Assembly (NCBI GenBank): GCA_964438405.1
Contig: CAYTKF010000001.1
Coordinates: 18,860-82,859 of the forward strand
Reading direction: 5' to 3'
DNA: 64,000 bases
Source: an uncultured Candidatus Saccharibacteria bacterium
GTDB lineage: Bacteria; Patescibacteriota; Minisyncoccia; UBA9983
Below the pieces are notes generated by a model, which was not told where the DNA came from, did not search any database, and was given only the letters and a program-made list of their open reading frames with translations. Within the stretch, counting starts at the first letter, position 1. Each line of letters opens with the position of its first letter. This document shows positions 38,472 through 48,176 of this stretch, in pieces. Made by a program: the position numbers and the translations under genes.

Positions 38472-40181
38472 ATGAAAGACAGTTTTAAAACCCGCGTCCG
38501 CATCATTTATTTTTTAATTTTTATTTTTTTTCTTGTCTTAACGACAAGGCTTTTTTTTGTTCAGGTTGTCCGGGGATATTATTACAAAGACCTTGCCAGC
38601 CAGCAATATGTGGCTCCGGCTGAAAATTATTTTGACCGCGGTGAAATATTTTTTAAAAATAAGGGCAATCAACTCATCTCTGCGGCATCAATAAAAAATG
38701 GTTTCCAATTGGTAATAAATCCAGAAAAAATAAAGGACATTGAAAACATCTATCAAAAACTATCTCAAATTATAACGTTGGATAAAAACGATTTTATAAG
38801 CCGGGCCAGCAAAAAAAATGATTCTTACGAAACTGTGGCCCATAAAATAGAAGACGATGACGCTAATAAAATAAAAAATCTCACATTGCCAGGCGTCAGT
38901 CTTTATTCAGAAACCTGGCGGTATTATCCCGGAAATAATCTTGCCTCGCGCGTTTTGGGTTTTGTGGGATACGACAACAACACATTAAACGGCAGATACG
39001 GTGTGGAAAAATTTTATGATTCCATTTTAAAAAGAGGGAGTGAAAATGGTTTTGTTAATTCTTTTGCCGCACTTTTTACCGACATAAAGGGGGCGATTAT
39101 TGGCGAAAATAAAATAGGAGATGTTGTTTTGAGTATTGAGCCGTCTGTCCAGGCAGTTCTGGAAAAAAATCTGGAAAAAATAATGGTGCAATATAAGGGA
39201 GAGTTGGCCGGGGGAATTATTATGGACCCAAAGACCGGAGAAATTATAGCCATGTCCGCAAAACCTGATTTTAATCCCAACAGCTATGGAGAAAATAAAA
39301 ATCTTTCGCTATTTATCAATCCTCTTGTGGAAAATGTTTTTGAGTTTGGCTCTATAATGAAGCCGATAACTCTTGGAGCAGCGCTTGATGAAGGGAAAAT
39401 AACAGCATCAACCACTTATTATGACAGCGGCGCAGTTGAATTCAACGGGCAAAAAATTCAAAATTTTGATAATAAGGCGAGGGGATTATCAACAATGCAG
39501 GATGTCTTAAGTTATTCCATCAACACCGGCGCAGTTTTTGCCATGCAGCAATTGGGCAAGCAGGAATTTGCCAAATATCTTGCCAGTGCGGGGTTTGGAG
39601 AAAAAACAGGTATTGATTTGCCTGGAGAAGTCTCCGGAAAAATTTCCAATGTCCTGACCAGTCCGCGCGATATTGAATATGCCACAGCATCTTTTGGCCA
39701 GGGAATTGCAGTCACTCCTATAGAAATGGCTAGAGCGCTCTCCAGTTTGGCCAATGGCGGATATCTTGTCCGGCCTTATGTGACAGAAGAAATAAAATTA
39801 AACGGCAGTAAAAACCAAATAACAAAACCGCAAATCAAAGCCCAAATTTTCAAAAAAGAAACAACAGAAGAAATGAGCCGGATGCTGGTTAATGTTTTTG
39901 ACAAAGGACTTTTGGGTGGAACGTATAAAATGGACCATTATTCAATCGCGGCAAAAACAGGCACGGCGCAGATGACAGCCGAAGGTCAGAAAGGTTATCA
40001 GGAAGGCCAGTACCTGCATTCGTTTTTCGGATATTTTCCGGCCTTTGACCCGAAATTTTTTGTTTTTCTCTTTACCGTCCGACCTCAGGGTGTAAGCCTG
40101 GCCTCGCATTCTCTAACCAAACCATTTGTAAACATCACCAAGTTTCTGATAAACTATTATAATATAGCGCCGGATAGATAA
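38472..40181 (+). CDS. ftsI: Division-specific class B PBP (FtsI/PBP3)
   Basis: RGEI, RYYP, GRYGVE, FEFGSIMK, SIN, KTGTAQ; dcw position. Confidence 0.9.
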   Translation: MKDSFKTRVRIIYFLIFIFFLVLTTRLFFVQVVRGYYYKDLASQQYVAPAENYFDRGEIFFKNKGNQLISAASIKNGFQLVINPEKIKDIENIYQKLSQIITLDKNDFISRASKKNDSYETVAHKIEDDDANKIKNLTLPGVSLYSETWRYYPGNNLASRVLGFVGYDNNTLNGRYGVEKFYDSILKRGSENGFVNSFAALFTDIKGAIIGENKIGDVVLSIEPSVQAVLEKNLEKIMVQYKGELAGGIIMDPKTGEIIAMSAKPDFNPNSYGENKNLSLFINPLVENVFEFGSIMKPITLGAALDEGKITASTTYYDSGAVEFNGQKIQNFDNKARGLSTMQDVLSYSINTGAVFAMQQLGKQEFAKYLASAGFGEKTGIDLPGEVSGKISNVLTSPRDIEYATASFGQGIAVTPIEMARALSSLANGGYLVRPYVTEEIKLNGSKNQITKPQIKAQIFKKETTEEMSRMLVNVFDKGLLGGTYKMDHYSIAAKTGTAQMTAEGQKGYQEGQYLHSFFGYFPAFDPKFFVFLFTVRPQGVSLASHSLTKPFVNITKFLINYYNIAPDR

Positions 40182-40183
40182 AA

Positions 40184-41464
40184 ATGATTAAAACTATTTT
40201 AAAAAATATTGTTGTGTTTTTTTTGAGAATTGAGGCCAAACTCATACTTAAAAAATATAAGCCGAAGATAGTGGCTGTTACCGGAAGCGTTGGCAAAACT
40301 TCTTTAAAAGACGCCATTGCTCTTGTTCTGGGTTCTAAATTCAATGTGCGCAAAAGCGAAAAAAGCTATAACAGCCAGCTGGGCGTGCCTCTTACCATTA
40401 TCGGCGCCAAAAGCGCCTGGAATAATGTTTTTGGCTGGCTGGAAATTTTAATAAAGGGGCTTGCGCTTATTTTTAAAACACAACACTATCCCCAGTGGCT
40501 TGTTCTGGAAATGGGCGTTTCAAGGCCCGGCGACATGGATTTTCTTGTTTCTCTTGCAAAACCAGACGTTGCGGTTATCACAACATTTGGCGAAATGCCG
40601 GTTCATGTGGAATTTTTTAACGACCCCGACGGTTTGAAAAAAGAAAAATCAAAAATTATAGACGGCCTTGATGAAAACGGCTGCGCCATTTTAAATGGGG
40701 ACGACAAACTTGTATATAATTTAAAAAGCAAAACAAAAGCCAAAACTATTATCTATGGATTTGACGATAATCAATTTGACCTTTCCGCTTCCAATTACAA
40801 TATTTCTCCGGACGGCATCAATTTTAAGCTTGATTACAAAAGCAATATAATTCCTGTGAGAATGAACAATGCTCTTGGCAGACAATTTGTTTACACTGCG
40901 CTTGGCGCCATTGCGGTTGGGCTTTCGCAGAATATAAATTTGGTTGAGGCGGTGGAATCGCTCTCAAAATTCAAACCACCGTTAGGAAGAATGAATTTAA
41001 TAGACGGAGTGAAAAATTCTTTCATAATTGATGATACTTATAATTCTTCGCCCATTGCCGTTAGCGCGGCATTAAATGTTCTTAAGGAATTGCCTGCCGA
41101 AAGAAAAATTGCGGTTTTAGGCGATATGCTGGAGCTGGGAAAATTTACCATTGACGAGCATAAAAAAATCGGCGGATTAATAAAAGAAAAGGGCGCTGAC
41201 TTACTTTTTACAGTAGGACCGCGGGCGAAATTTATTGCTGACGAGGCAATAACAACAGGATTTCGTGGAAGCAATGTTTTTTCTTTTTCAACTCCTGACG
41301 AGGCAAAAATTCTGCTTCAGGAAAAAATAAAAGAAGGGGATTTGATTTTAGTAAAAGGGTCTCAATCAATGAGAATGGAAAAAATAATCGAGGAAATAAT
41401 GGCGCACCCGGAGCAAAAAAACGAACTTCTTGTGCGCCAGGATAAAGAATGGTTAAATAGATAG
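40184..41464 (+). CDS. murF: UDP-MurNAc-tripeptide:D-Ala-D-Ala ligase
   Basis: VTGSVGKTS.K, N..LGVPLT, LEMG, DDTYNSSP, LGDMLELG, LVKGS. Confidence 0.95.
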   Translation: MIKTILKNIVVFFLRIEAKLILKKYKPKIVAVTGSVGKTSLKDAIALVLGSKFNVRKSEKSYNSQLGVPLTIIGAKSAWNNVFGWLEILIKGLALIFKTQHYPQWLVLEMGVSRPGDMDFLVSLAKPDVAVITTFGEMPVHVEFFNDPDGLKKEKSKIIDGLDENGCAILNGDDKLVYNLKSKTKAKTIIYGFDDNQFDLSASNYNISPDGINFKLDYKSNIIPVRMNNALGRQFVYTALGAIAVGLSQNINLVEAVESLSKFKPPLGRMNLIDGVKNSFIIDDTYNSSPIAVSAALNVLKELPAERKIAVLGDMLELGKFTIDEHKKIGGLIKEKGADLLFTVGPRAKFIADEAITTGFRGSNVFSFSTPDEAKILLQEKIKEGDLILVKGSQSMRMEKIIEEIMAHPEQKNELLVRQDKEWLNR

Positions 41465-41469
41465 TGTAA

Positions 41470-41541
41470 GGCCCTTTCGTCTAGCGGCTAGGACATCGCC
41501 CTCTCACGGCGGAAACACGGGTTCAATTCCCGTAGGGGTCA
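41470..41541 (+). tRNA. tRNA-Glu (CTC), CCA not encoded
   Basis: Acceptor GGCCCTT/AGGGGTC, D-arm GTCTAGCGGCTAGGAC, anticodon loop CT-CTC-AC, T-arm ACGGGTTCAATTCCCGT. Confidence 0.95.
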
Positions 41542-41543
41542 TA

Positions 41544-42329
41544 ATGAAAAATTTTAAAACAATTTTAACAGTTGCAATAACAGCAATTTTGTTTTTGGGA
41601 ATTTTTTATCCCAAGATTTTAAATCCTTCGTATGAACAAGGATTGCCAGTAACGGGAAGTCCGTTTAGCAATCTTAATCTTGAAGCGAAATCTGCCATTG
41701 TTTTTGACTATATTAATAACAGGCCGATTTTTGAATTGAATCCGGAAGCCCAGCTTCCGCTCGCAAGCCTCACCAAAATTATGACTGTTATTACCGCCAA
41801 AGAATTAATGCCTGATGGAAACTTTAAAAATCTTTCAGATAAAATAAACAAAGCATTAATTATCTCGTCAAACGAGGCTGCAACAGCTATTGCAATTGAA
41901 ACGCAAAATTTTTTGGGCCCGAATGATTTTGTGGGAGAGATGAATAAAAAGGCGGAAGAACTCGGTCTGAACCAGACTTATTTCTTGAACGAAACCGGAC
42001 TTGATATAAATGATAATATTGCCGGCGCTTATGGTTCTGCTTCTGATGTAATAAAAATTTTGACTTATGCAATAAAAAACGACTCTGATATTTTTGAGCA
42101 GACAACAGCGGACAGCGATTACAACACCAATCCCTATGCCACCAGCACCACTTTGCTTGTGGCGTCAAAAACCGGGCTGACAGATTTGGCAGGCGGAAAT
42201 TTAGCAATTGTTTTTGAGGCGGGCATGGGACGGCCGATCGCTATAGTTGTCCTTGGCTCGTCGCAGGAGGGCAGATTCACAGACGTTAAAAAATTAATGG
42301 AGGCAACGTTTAATTATTTAAAATTATGA
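41544..42329 (+). CDS. D-Ala-D-Ala carboxypeptidase-like, peptidase S11
   Basis: ASLTK (SxxK), SSN, MN.KA.ELGL..T.F...TGL, KTG. Confidence 0.88.
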   Translation: MKNFKTILTVAITAILFLGIFYPKILNPSYEQGLPVTGSPFSNLNLEAKSAIVFDYINNRPIFELNPEAQLPLASLTKIMTVITAKELMPDGNFKNLSDKINKALIISSNEAATAIAIETQNFLGPNDFVGEMNKKAEELGLNQTYFLNETGLDINDNIAGAYGSASDVIKILTYAIKNDSDIFEQTTADSDYNTNPYATSTTLLVASKTGLTDLAGGNLAIVFEAGMGRPIAIVVLGSSQEGRFTDVKKLMEATFNYLKL

Positions 42330-43381
42330 TTTTAAATGTTTTAAAGGTTTTTGGTTTGTCGAGTTTTGCTTTCTTTTTGGCAATTTTTTTAACACCGCTT
42401 TTCACTCATTATTTTTATAAATACAAAATGTGGAAAAAGGGTTCGCGTAGCCTAGAAGACACAAGCGAGGAGTTTAAAAAAATTCATAATGAGCACGGAG
42501 AGCTCAATACCCCCCGTATCGGTGGAATGATTATCTGGGTTTCCACGCTTCTTGTTTGTTTGTTAATGTTTGCAATTTATAAAATTTTTCCAGATGACCT
42601 GACTCAAAAATTAAATTTTTTAAGCAAAAACCAGACATGGCTTCCTCTTTTTGTACTTGTCGGCTCGGCCATTGTGGGACTTGCAGACGATTTGCTTCAG
42701 ATTTTTCAGAATAAAAAAGGGGGTAAACTTTTTGCCAATGGTCTGTCAAAAAGCTTAAGAATTCTTGTTGTTTTGGCAATCGGCGCCATTGTGGCAATGT
42801 GGTTTTATTACAAACTGGAAATGAATTTTGTTGATATTCCGTTTTTTGGAGAATTATATTTGGGCTGGCTTTTTGTGCCGTTCTTTATGATGGTGATGCT
42901 GGGAATTTTTTCCGGCGGAATTATTGACGGCATAGACGGTTTGTCCGGCGGAATTATGAGCTCAATTTTTGCAGCCTACGCCGGCATTGCCTTTTTCCAA
43001 AACCAAATTGACATTGCAACCTTCTGCGGAGTTATCACAGGAAGTTTGCTGGCTTTTTTATGGTTTAATATTCCGCCGGCTCGATTTTATATGGGAGAGA
43101 CAGGTATGATTGGCTTGACTACAGCGCTTACGGTTGTGGCCTTTCTGACAAACGCAGTGGCGGTTCTGCCCATTATTGCATTTCTGCTCGTAGCTGCTTC
43201 TGCTTCCGCTATAATACAAATAGTCTCCAAAAAATATTTTCACAAAAAAGTTTTTAGGGTGGCGCCAATACACCATCATTTTGAGGCAATCGGCTGGCCG
43301 TCTTACAAAGTGACAATGCGTTTCTGGATAATCAGCGTGGTTTTGGCGGTCATCGGCATGGTCATAACATTGATAGGGTAG
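42326..43381 (+). CDS. mraY: Phospho-MurNAc-pentapeptide transferase
   Basis: TPRIGG, GLADD, DGIDGL, FLWFN..PA..YMGETG, APIHHHFE. Confidence 0.96.
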   Translation: MILNVLKVFGLSSFAFFLAIFLTPLFTHYFYKYKMWKKGSRSLEDTSEEFKKIHNEHGELNTPRIGGMIIWVSTLLVCLLMFAIYKIFPDDLTQKLNFLSKNQTWLPLFVLVGSAIVGLADDLLQIFQNKKGGKLFANGLSKSLRILVVLAIGAIVAMWFYYKLEMNFVDIPFFGELYLGWLFVPFFMMVMLGIFSGGIIDGIDGLSGGIMSSIFAAYAGIAFFQNQIDIATFCGVITGSLLAFLWFNIPPARFYMGETGMIGLTTALTVVAFLTNAVAVLPIIAFLLVAASASAIIQIVSKKYFHKKVFRVAPIHHHFEAIGWPSYKVTMRFWIISVVLAVIGMVITLIG

Positions 43382-43387
43382 AAAATT

Positions 43388-43444
43388 ACCTCACCCCTAA
43401 CCCCTCTCCTTAATAGGAGAGGGGTGCTGTAGGCGGGGTGAGGT
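43388..43444. repeat. Nested GC-rich inverted repeat (REP-like element / terminator)
   Basis: ACCTCACCCC...CCCCTCTCCT-TAAT-AGGAGAGGGG...GGGGTGAGGT. Confidence 0.75.
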
Positions 43445-43501
43445 TTTAGAAAACAAAAGGCCCACCGCCGAAGCGGGGGCTTAAAAACGTTACGAATTTG
43501 A

Positions 43502-43756
43502 TTAAAGCACCCTAATGAACAAAGAAATAACTTGCAAGATAATCTGAAGATATGCTGCCTGAATATAATTTATTTTGGCCACGCCAAAGACTTGCGGGCC
43601 TAACATATTCCAGAACCAAAGAGTGAACAGGGCCAAAAGTGGCAAAAGAATAATCCACGCCAACAATCGTCCTGCCATCTCGGCCAAATTATCTGGATTA
43701 AAGTGTTTTTTAAGAGACTCCCCGCACGATTCTAACAAATAATCTACAAAGCGCAT
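43502..43756 (-). CDS. Small hypothetical membrane protein
   Basis: Two hydrophobic segments; GGAGG SD before ATG 43756 and TATAAT further upstream. Confidence 0.6.
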   Translation of the reverse strand: MRFVDYLLESCGESLKKHFNPDNLAEMAGRLLAWIILLPLLALFTLWFWNMLGPQVFGVAKINYIQAAYLQIILQVISLFIRVL

Positions 43757-43845
43757 TTTCGTCAGTCCTCCACTCATATTATACACCCATTGTTTTTCCT
43801 GTCAAGTATAAAATTTTCCCATTTTTTGGTAAAATAAAAGATTGA

Positions 43846-45180
43846 ATGAGAAACGAAATTAAAAAAATTTTAATATTTGCAGCAATATTACTCGTTACGT
43901 ATTACGCGTTACGCGTTACTCCGACTTTTTCCGCCACCATTGACGAACTTCAGGCGCAGATAGGCGAGAAAAACAAGCAGATTGATTCTATTCAGGCGGA
44001 AATAAATAAATTGCAGGAACAGATAAACCAAAATTCATCTCTGGCCAACACACTTAAAAATCAAATCAGCCAATTAAATCTCCAGAAACAAAAACTCCAG
44101 AAAGATATTTCTCTGACACAAAAAAAAATTGACACAGCCAAGCTTAATATTCAGGAGCTGGGTTTACAGATATTGCAAAAAGAACAGGATATACAAAAAA
44201 AGCTTCTGGTAATAAGCGAGGCTATTAAAAATATTAATGATACTGATAAAACCTCTGTTGTGGAAATTGTTCTTGCCCAGCAGAATTTTTCTGATTTTTT
44301 TAATGATATAGACAAAATGGATAATTTTCAAAAAGAGATTAATGCCAACCTTGCGGAATTGAAAGACCTTAAAATATCTCTTGAAGATGAAAAACAATCT
44401 CAAGAAAAAGAAAAAAAGAACCTGGAACAGTACAAATCAAAACTTTCCGACCAGAACAAGCTTGTTGATATAAATAAAAAATCCAAGAACCAGCTTTTAA
44501 CAGAAACTAAAAATCAGCAAACAAATTATCAAAAGCAGATGGCGCAAATGATAAAACTGCGCGACGAACTGGAAAAAGAAATCGGCGACATTGAGGCAAA
44601 AATCCAGATTCAGATCAACCCCAACAGCATTCCCAGGGCTGGAAGCGGAGTTTTGGCCTGGCCCTTCACAGACGAAAAAATGCTGGCCTGCAAAAAATTC
44701 ACTGACCTTAAAAATATTTTTTGCATCACCCAATATTTCGGCAACACGCCGTTCGCAACAGCCAATCCACAGCTTTATAAAACAGGGGAGCACAAGGGCC
44801 TGGATTTTCGTGCGCCAGTTGGCACGGAAATTTTAGCAGCAGGCTCAGGAAAAATTGTTGGGCTAGGCGACACTGATATTACTTGCCCTAGCGCCTCTTA
44901 CGGCAAATGGATAATGATTGACCACGGCAACGGACTTTCAACGGTTTACGGACATCTTTCTTATATAAAAGTTGCAAAGGGCCAGATTGTAGCTAGGGGA
45001 GATTTAATCGGATACAGCGGAAACACAGGCGCCTCTACTGGCCCGCATCTGCATTTTGAAGTTCGCGCCACAGCAGGCACCCAAGTCAGCCAGCGTGAAA
45101 GCACTGTCTGCAAGGGCAGAATATACACAATTCCTTTAGGCTCCATAAGCAGTTACCTAAACCCGTTATCGTATTTGTAA
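43846..45180 (+). CDS. Coiled-coil + M23 peptidase (EnvC/PcsB-like murein hydrolase)
   Basis: Signal peptide, long coiled coil, HKGLD, YGHLS, G.TG.STGPHLHFEV, NP. Confidence 0.92.
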   Translation: MRNEIKKILIFAAILLVTYYALRVTPTFSATIDELQAQIGEKNKQIDSIQAEINKLQEQINQNSSLANTLKNQISQLNLQKQKLQKDISLTQKKIDTAKLNIQELGLQILQKEQDIQKKLLVISEAIKNINDTDKTSVVEIVLAQQNFSDFFNDIDKMDNFQKEINANLAELKDLKISLEDEKQSQEKEKKNLEQYKSKLSDQNKLVDINKKSKNQLLTETKNQQTNYQKQMAQMIKLRDELEKEIGDIEAKIQIQINPNSIPRAGSGVLAWPFTDEKMLACKKFTDLKNIFCITQYFGNTPFATANPQLYKTGEHKGLDFRAPVGTEILAAGSGKIVGLGDTDITCPSASYGKWIMIDHGNGLSTVYGHLSYIKVAKGQIVARGDLIGYSGNTGASTGPHLHFEVRATAGTQVSQRESTVCKGRIYTIPLGSISSYLNPLSYL

Positions 45181-45213
45181 AAAAATTTAAATCTCTGTGT
45201 TATAATTATCTCA

Positions 45214-46803
45214 ATGGCAAAGTATGATGTTTTAATTAAGAATGGAACTGTGCTGGACGGATTGGGCGGGAAGATTGAAAATGCTGATGTTGGCATTTCC
45301 GGAGACGAAATTAAAGATATTGGAAATCTTGGAACTGACGCTGATGAAATTATTGACGCCACGGGAAAATATATTGCCCCGGGTTTTATTGATTTAACAA
45401 ACCATTCCGACACTCACTGGACACTTTTCAAATATCCACCGCAGGAAAGCTTGCTCTATCAAGGCATCACCACTATTTTGGGCGGAAATTGCGGTTCCTC
45501 TCTCGCTCCGGTTTTTAGGGAAGATTCTCTTAGAGAAATCGGCCGCTGGACTGATATTTCCCAGATAAATATCAACTGGCAGACAATGAAAGAATTTCTG
45601 GAACAATTATCAAAGCAAAAAATCGGCGTAAATTTCGCCACTCTTGTCGGTTTTAACACCGTTGAGCAGTCTGTTTTGGGCAGAGAGATGAAAATTCCCG
45701 AAGAAAAAGAAATCCAGCAGATAAAACTGCTTTTGGAAAACGCCCTTGAGGAAGGCGCCTTCGGTGTCTCAACAAATTTCGGTCTGGCCAACGTCCGACT
45801 TTTTAAAGATGAAGACCTGACAGAAATTTTCAGCGTCTTAAAAAAACACAAGGCAATTTTAAAACACCACCTTGAAGACGAGGGAGAAAATATTCTGCCT
45901 GCCATTTCCCGCGCCATTACCATTTCCAAAAAAACAAAAACAAAAATGCACATAACCCATTTTAAAACATTAGGAAAAAATTCCTGGAAATTTATGACTG
46001 GGGCTATAGAAATGATAAAGAGGGCGCAGGCGCTGGATAATGAAAAAATCACCTGCGATTTCTTTCCCTACACAAAAACCGGCTCCAGCCTCTTTATGTT
46101 TCTACCGTCATGGTTCAGAAAACTGCCTGTCTCAGAGGCGCAGAATATTATTAAATTAAAAGATGATTCAAGAAGACAAAATCTTAAAGACTATATTAAG
46201 GAACTTACTTTGCATTATGACAAAATTATAATCGCCTCTGCTTCAAAAGAATTAAACGTAGCAGGCAAGACCATAGAAAAAATCTCGCAGGAAACCGGAT
46301 TGGACAACGAGGAAATAATTTTGAATCTTCTGGAAACAAATAATTTCCGCGTTTCTGTTTTTAATGAAGCAATCTCTCCGGAAAATGTTGAACTGATAGC
46401 CCAGGAAGATTTCAGCGCTGTTGCCTCTGACGGAGTGGGATATCAGACATCTAATTTTAAATATCAAAAATCTGACCTGCCCCACCCGCGTTCTTTCGGC
46501 GCCTTTCCCCGCGCCATCCAGTGGCTGGTCAAAGAAAAAGGTATTTTGACCTGGGAAAAAATAATTTACAAAATGACAGGCCTAGCGGCACAGATTTTGG
46601 GGCTAAAAGACAGGGGAGTATTAAAGTCCGGGAATCGGGCTGATGTCGTTGTTATTAATCCGGAAAAAATAAACGACTCGGCCTCTTACGAAAATCCCTT
46701 TAAATACGCTGAGGGCATTGATGCTGTTTTGGTCAATGGCAAAATCAGTATAAAAGACGGGAACTTCACAGGCCAACTGAACGGAAGAGTTCTCAAAAAA
46801 TAA
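45214..46803 (+). CDS. N-acyl-D-amino-acid deacylase-like amidohydrolase
   Basis: LIKNGTVLDG.G, IDATG..IAPGFID, GITT...GNCG.S, HPR.FG.FPR, DRG.L..G..ADVV. Confidence 0.88.
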   Translation: MAKYDVLIKNGTVLDGLGGKIENADVGISGDEIKDIGNLGTDADEIIDATGKYIAPGFIDLTNHSDTHWTLFKYPPQESLLYQGITTILGGNCGSSLAPVFREDSLREIGRWTDISQININWQTMKEFLEQLSKQKIGVNFATLVGFNTVEQSVLGREMKIPEEKEIQQIKLLLENALEEGAFGVSTNFGLANVRLFKDEDLTEIFSVLKKHKAILKHHLEDEGENILPAISRAITISKKTKTKMHITHFKTLGKNSWKFMTGAIEMIKRAQALDNEKITCDFFPYTKTGSSLFMFLPSWFRKLPVSEAQNIIKLKDDSRRQNLKDYIKELTLHYDKIIIASASKELNVAGKTIEKISQETGLDNEEIILNLLETNNFRVSVFNEAISPENVELIAQEDFSAVASDGVGYQTSNFKYQKSDLPHPRSFGAFPRAIQWLVKEKGILTWEKIIYKMTGLAAQILGLKDRGVLKSGNRADVVVINPEKINDSASYENPFKYAEGIDAVLVNGKISIKDGNFTGQLNGRVLKK

Positions 46804-46812
46804 TTTTATTTT

Positions 46813-47913
46813 ATGAAGAGAGAAAGGGCTGATAATATTTTTTTGGGAACGGTGATTATTCTGGCTTTGGCCGGATTTATAATTTTAAGTTCCGCTTCAA
46901 TGGGGCTTTTAAGCAGCAGTAATGGCAGTTATTATAAAACGCTCATCCAGCAGTTTTTATTCGGCATTGTCGGAGGAGGCATTCTTCTTTTGATAACATC
47001 ACACATAAATTATAAGATGTGGCAGAAATTCAGCCTGCCATTTTTTATTTTTACTTTTCTTCTCACTCTTCTTGTTTTTGTACCTGGTATAGGATTCAGC
47101 CACGGCGGGGCCACAAGATGGATAAACATCGGTTCATTCTCTTTCCATCCGTCAGAACTTTTAAAATTCGGTTTTGTTGTTTATCTTTGCTCATGGCTGG
47201 CCTCAAAAAAAACCCAGATAAAATCTTTTAAGTCCGGGCTTGTGCCGTTTTTGATAATGACTGCCTTGGTTGCTGCCGTTCTCATCAAAGAGCCGGACGT
47301 GGGCACATTGGGCGTGATTGCCATAACAAGCATGATTATTTTTTTTATTGCCGGAGGCAAGCTGTCGCACATTGCCCTTATTATTCTTTTTGGCGCCTTG
47401 CTTCTTTATATTCTTGTTTTGATAGAACCGTACCGCATGAACAGAGTGATAACTTTTTTTAACCCCTCTTTTGACCCCAAGGGCATAAGTTATCAATTGA
47501 GGCAGTCGCTTATTGCCATCGGCTCAGGGGGAATATTCGGCAGGGGATTCGGCATGAGCGTGCAGAAATTTAATTATTTGCCGGAACCGATAGGCGACTC
47601 CATCTTTTCGGTCTTCTCCGAGGAATTCGGTTTTGTCGGCGCAGTGGCGCTTCTGGGCATTTTATTGTTTTTTCTTTACAGAGGATTTTCCATTGCCCTG
47701 AAAGCTCCTGATGATTTTAGTAGACTGCTTGGCGCTGGAATTGTTATACTGATAATTACGGAATCGCTGGTAAATATTGCGGCAATGCTCGGCATTTTGC
47801 CCTTAACCGGCATTCCCTTAATTTTTGTGAGCAAGGGCGGTTCAGCAATGGCCGTGGCTTTGGCAGAGGTTGGAGTATTATTAAATATTTCAAAACATCG
47901 GAGTAATCAGTAA
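46813..47913 (+). CDS. ftsW: SEDS peptidoglycan polymerase FtsW
   Basis: GATRWI, PSELLK, EPD.GT, YQ..QSL.AIGSGG..G.G, EEFGF, LPLTGIPL.FVS.GGS. Confidence 0.95.
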   Translation: MKRERADNIFLGTVIILALAGFIILSSASMGLLSSSNGSYYKTLIQQFLFGIVGGGILLLITSHINYKMWQKFSLPFFIFTFLLTLLVFVPGIGFSHGGATRWINIGSFSFHPSELLKFGFVVYLCSWLASKKTQIKSFKSGLVPFLIMTALVAAVLIKEPDVGTLGVIAITSMIIFFIAGGKLSHIALIILFGALLLYILVLIEPYRMNRVITFFNPSFDPKGISYQLRQSLIAIGSGGIFGRGFGMSVQKFNYLPEPIGDSIFSVFSEEFGFVGAVALLGILLFFLYRGFSIALKAPDDFSRLLGAGIVILIITESLVNIAAMLGILPLTGIPLIFVSKGGSAMAVALAEVGVLLNISKHRSNQ

Positions 47914-48013
47914 TGCGTAACGAGTAATGCGTAATTTTACGGCTTTATTTAGCCGTATTTTTATTACATAAATTTTGACATTGACACTCATCGATTGAAC
48001 CTCAACGCTCCGA

Positions 48014-48068
48014 GCCTGACGTGATACAGGCCCCCGACCGTGAAAGCGCGTCGGGGTTTTTTCTTTTT
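48014..48068 (+). terminator. Double hairpin ending in an intrinsic terminator after ftsW
   Basis: GCCTG/CAGGC, then CCCCGAC/GTCGGGG + T-tract. Confidence 0.65.
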
Positions 48069-48099
48069 ATAATCAAAAACAGAAATTAAAAAAATAAAA

Positions 48100-48141
48100 A
48101 ATTAACGTATTCACAACCGATCGGTCGCCAATGCGTTAATT
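48100..48141. repeat. Imperfect palindrome, copy B1 (upstream flank of PaaX-like gene 2)
   Basis: AATTAACGTATTCACAAC-CGATCG-GTCGCCAATGCGTTAATT (18+6+18). Confidence 0.88.
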
Positions 48142-48176
48142 TAATGTTAAGATATAATTAAGAATAAAATATCATT

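Noticed and set aside
41470-41543. tRNA-Glu as an integration site
   Set aside because: No duplicated tRNA 3' end or integrase seen; flanking genes are ordinary cell-wall genes
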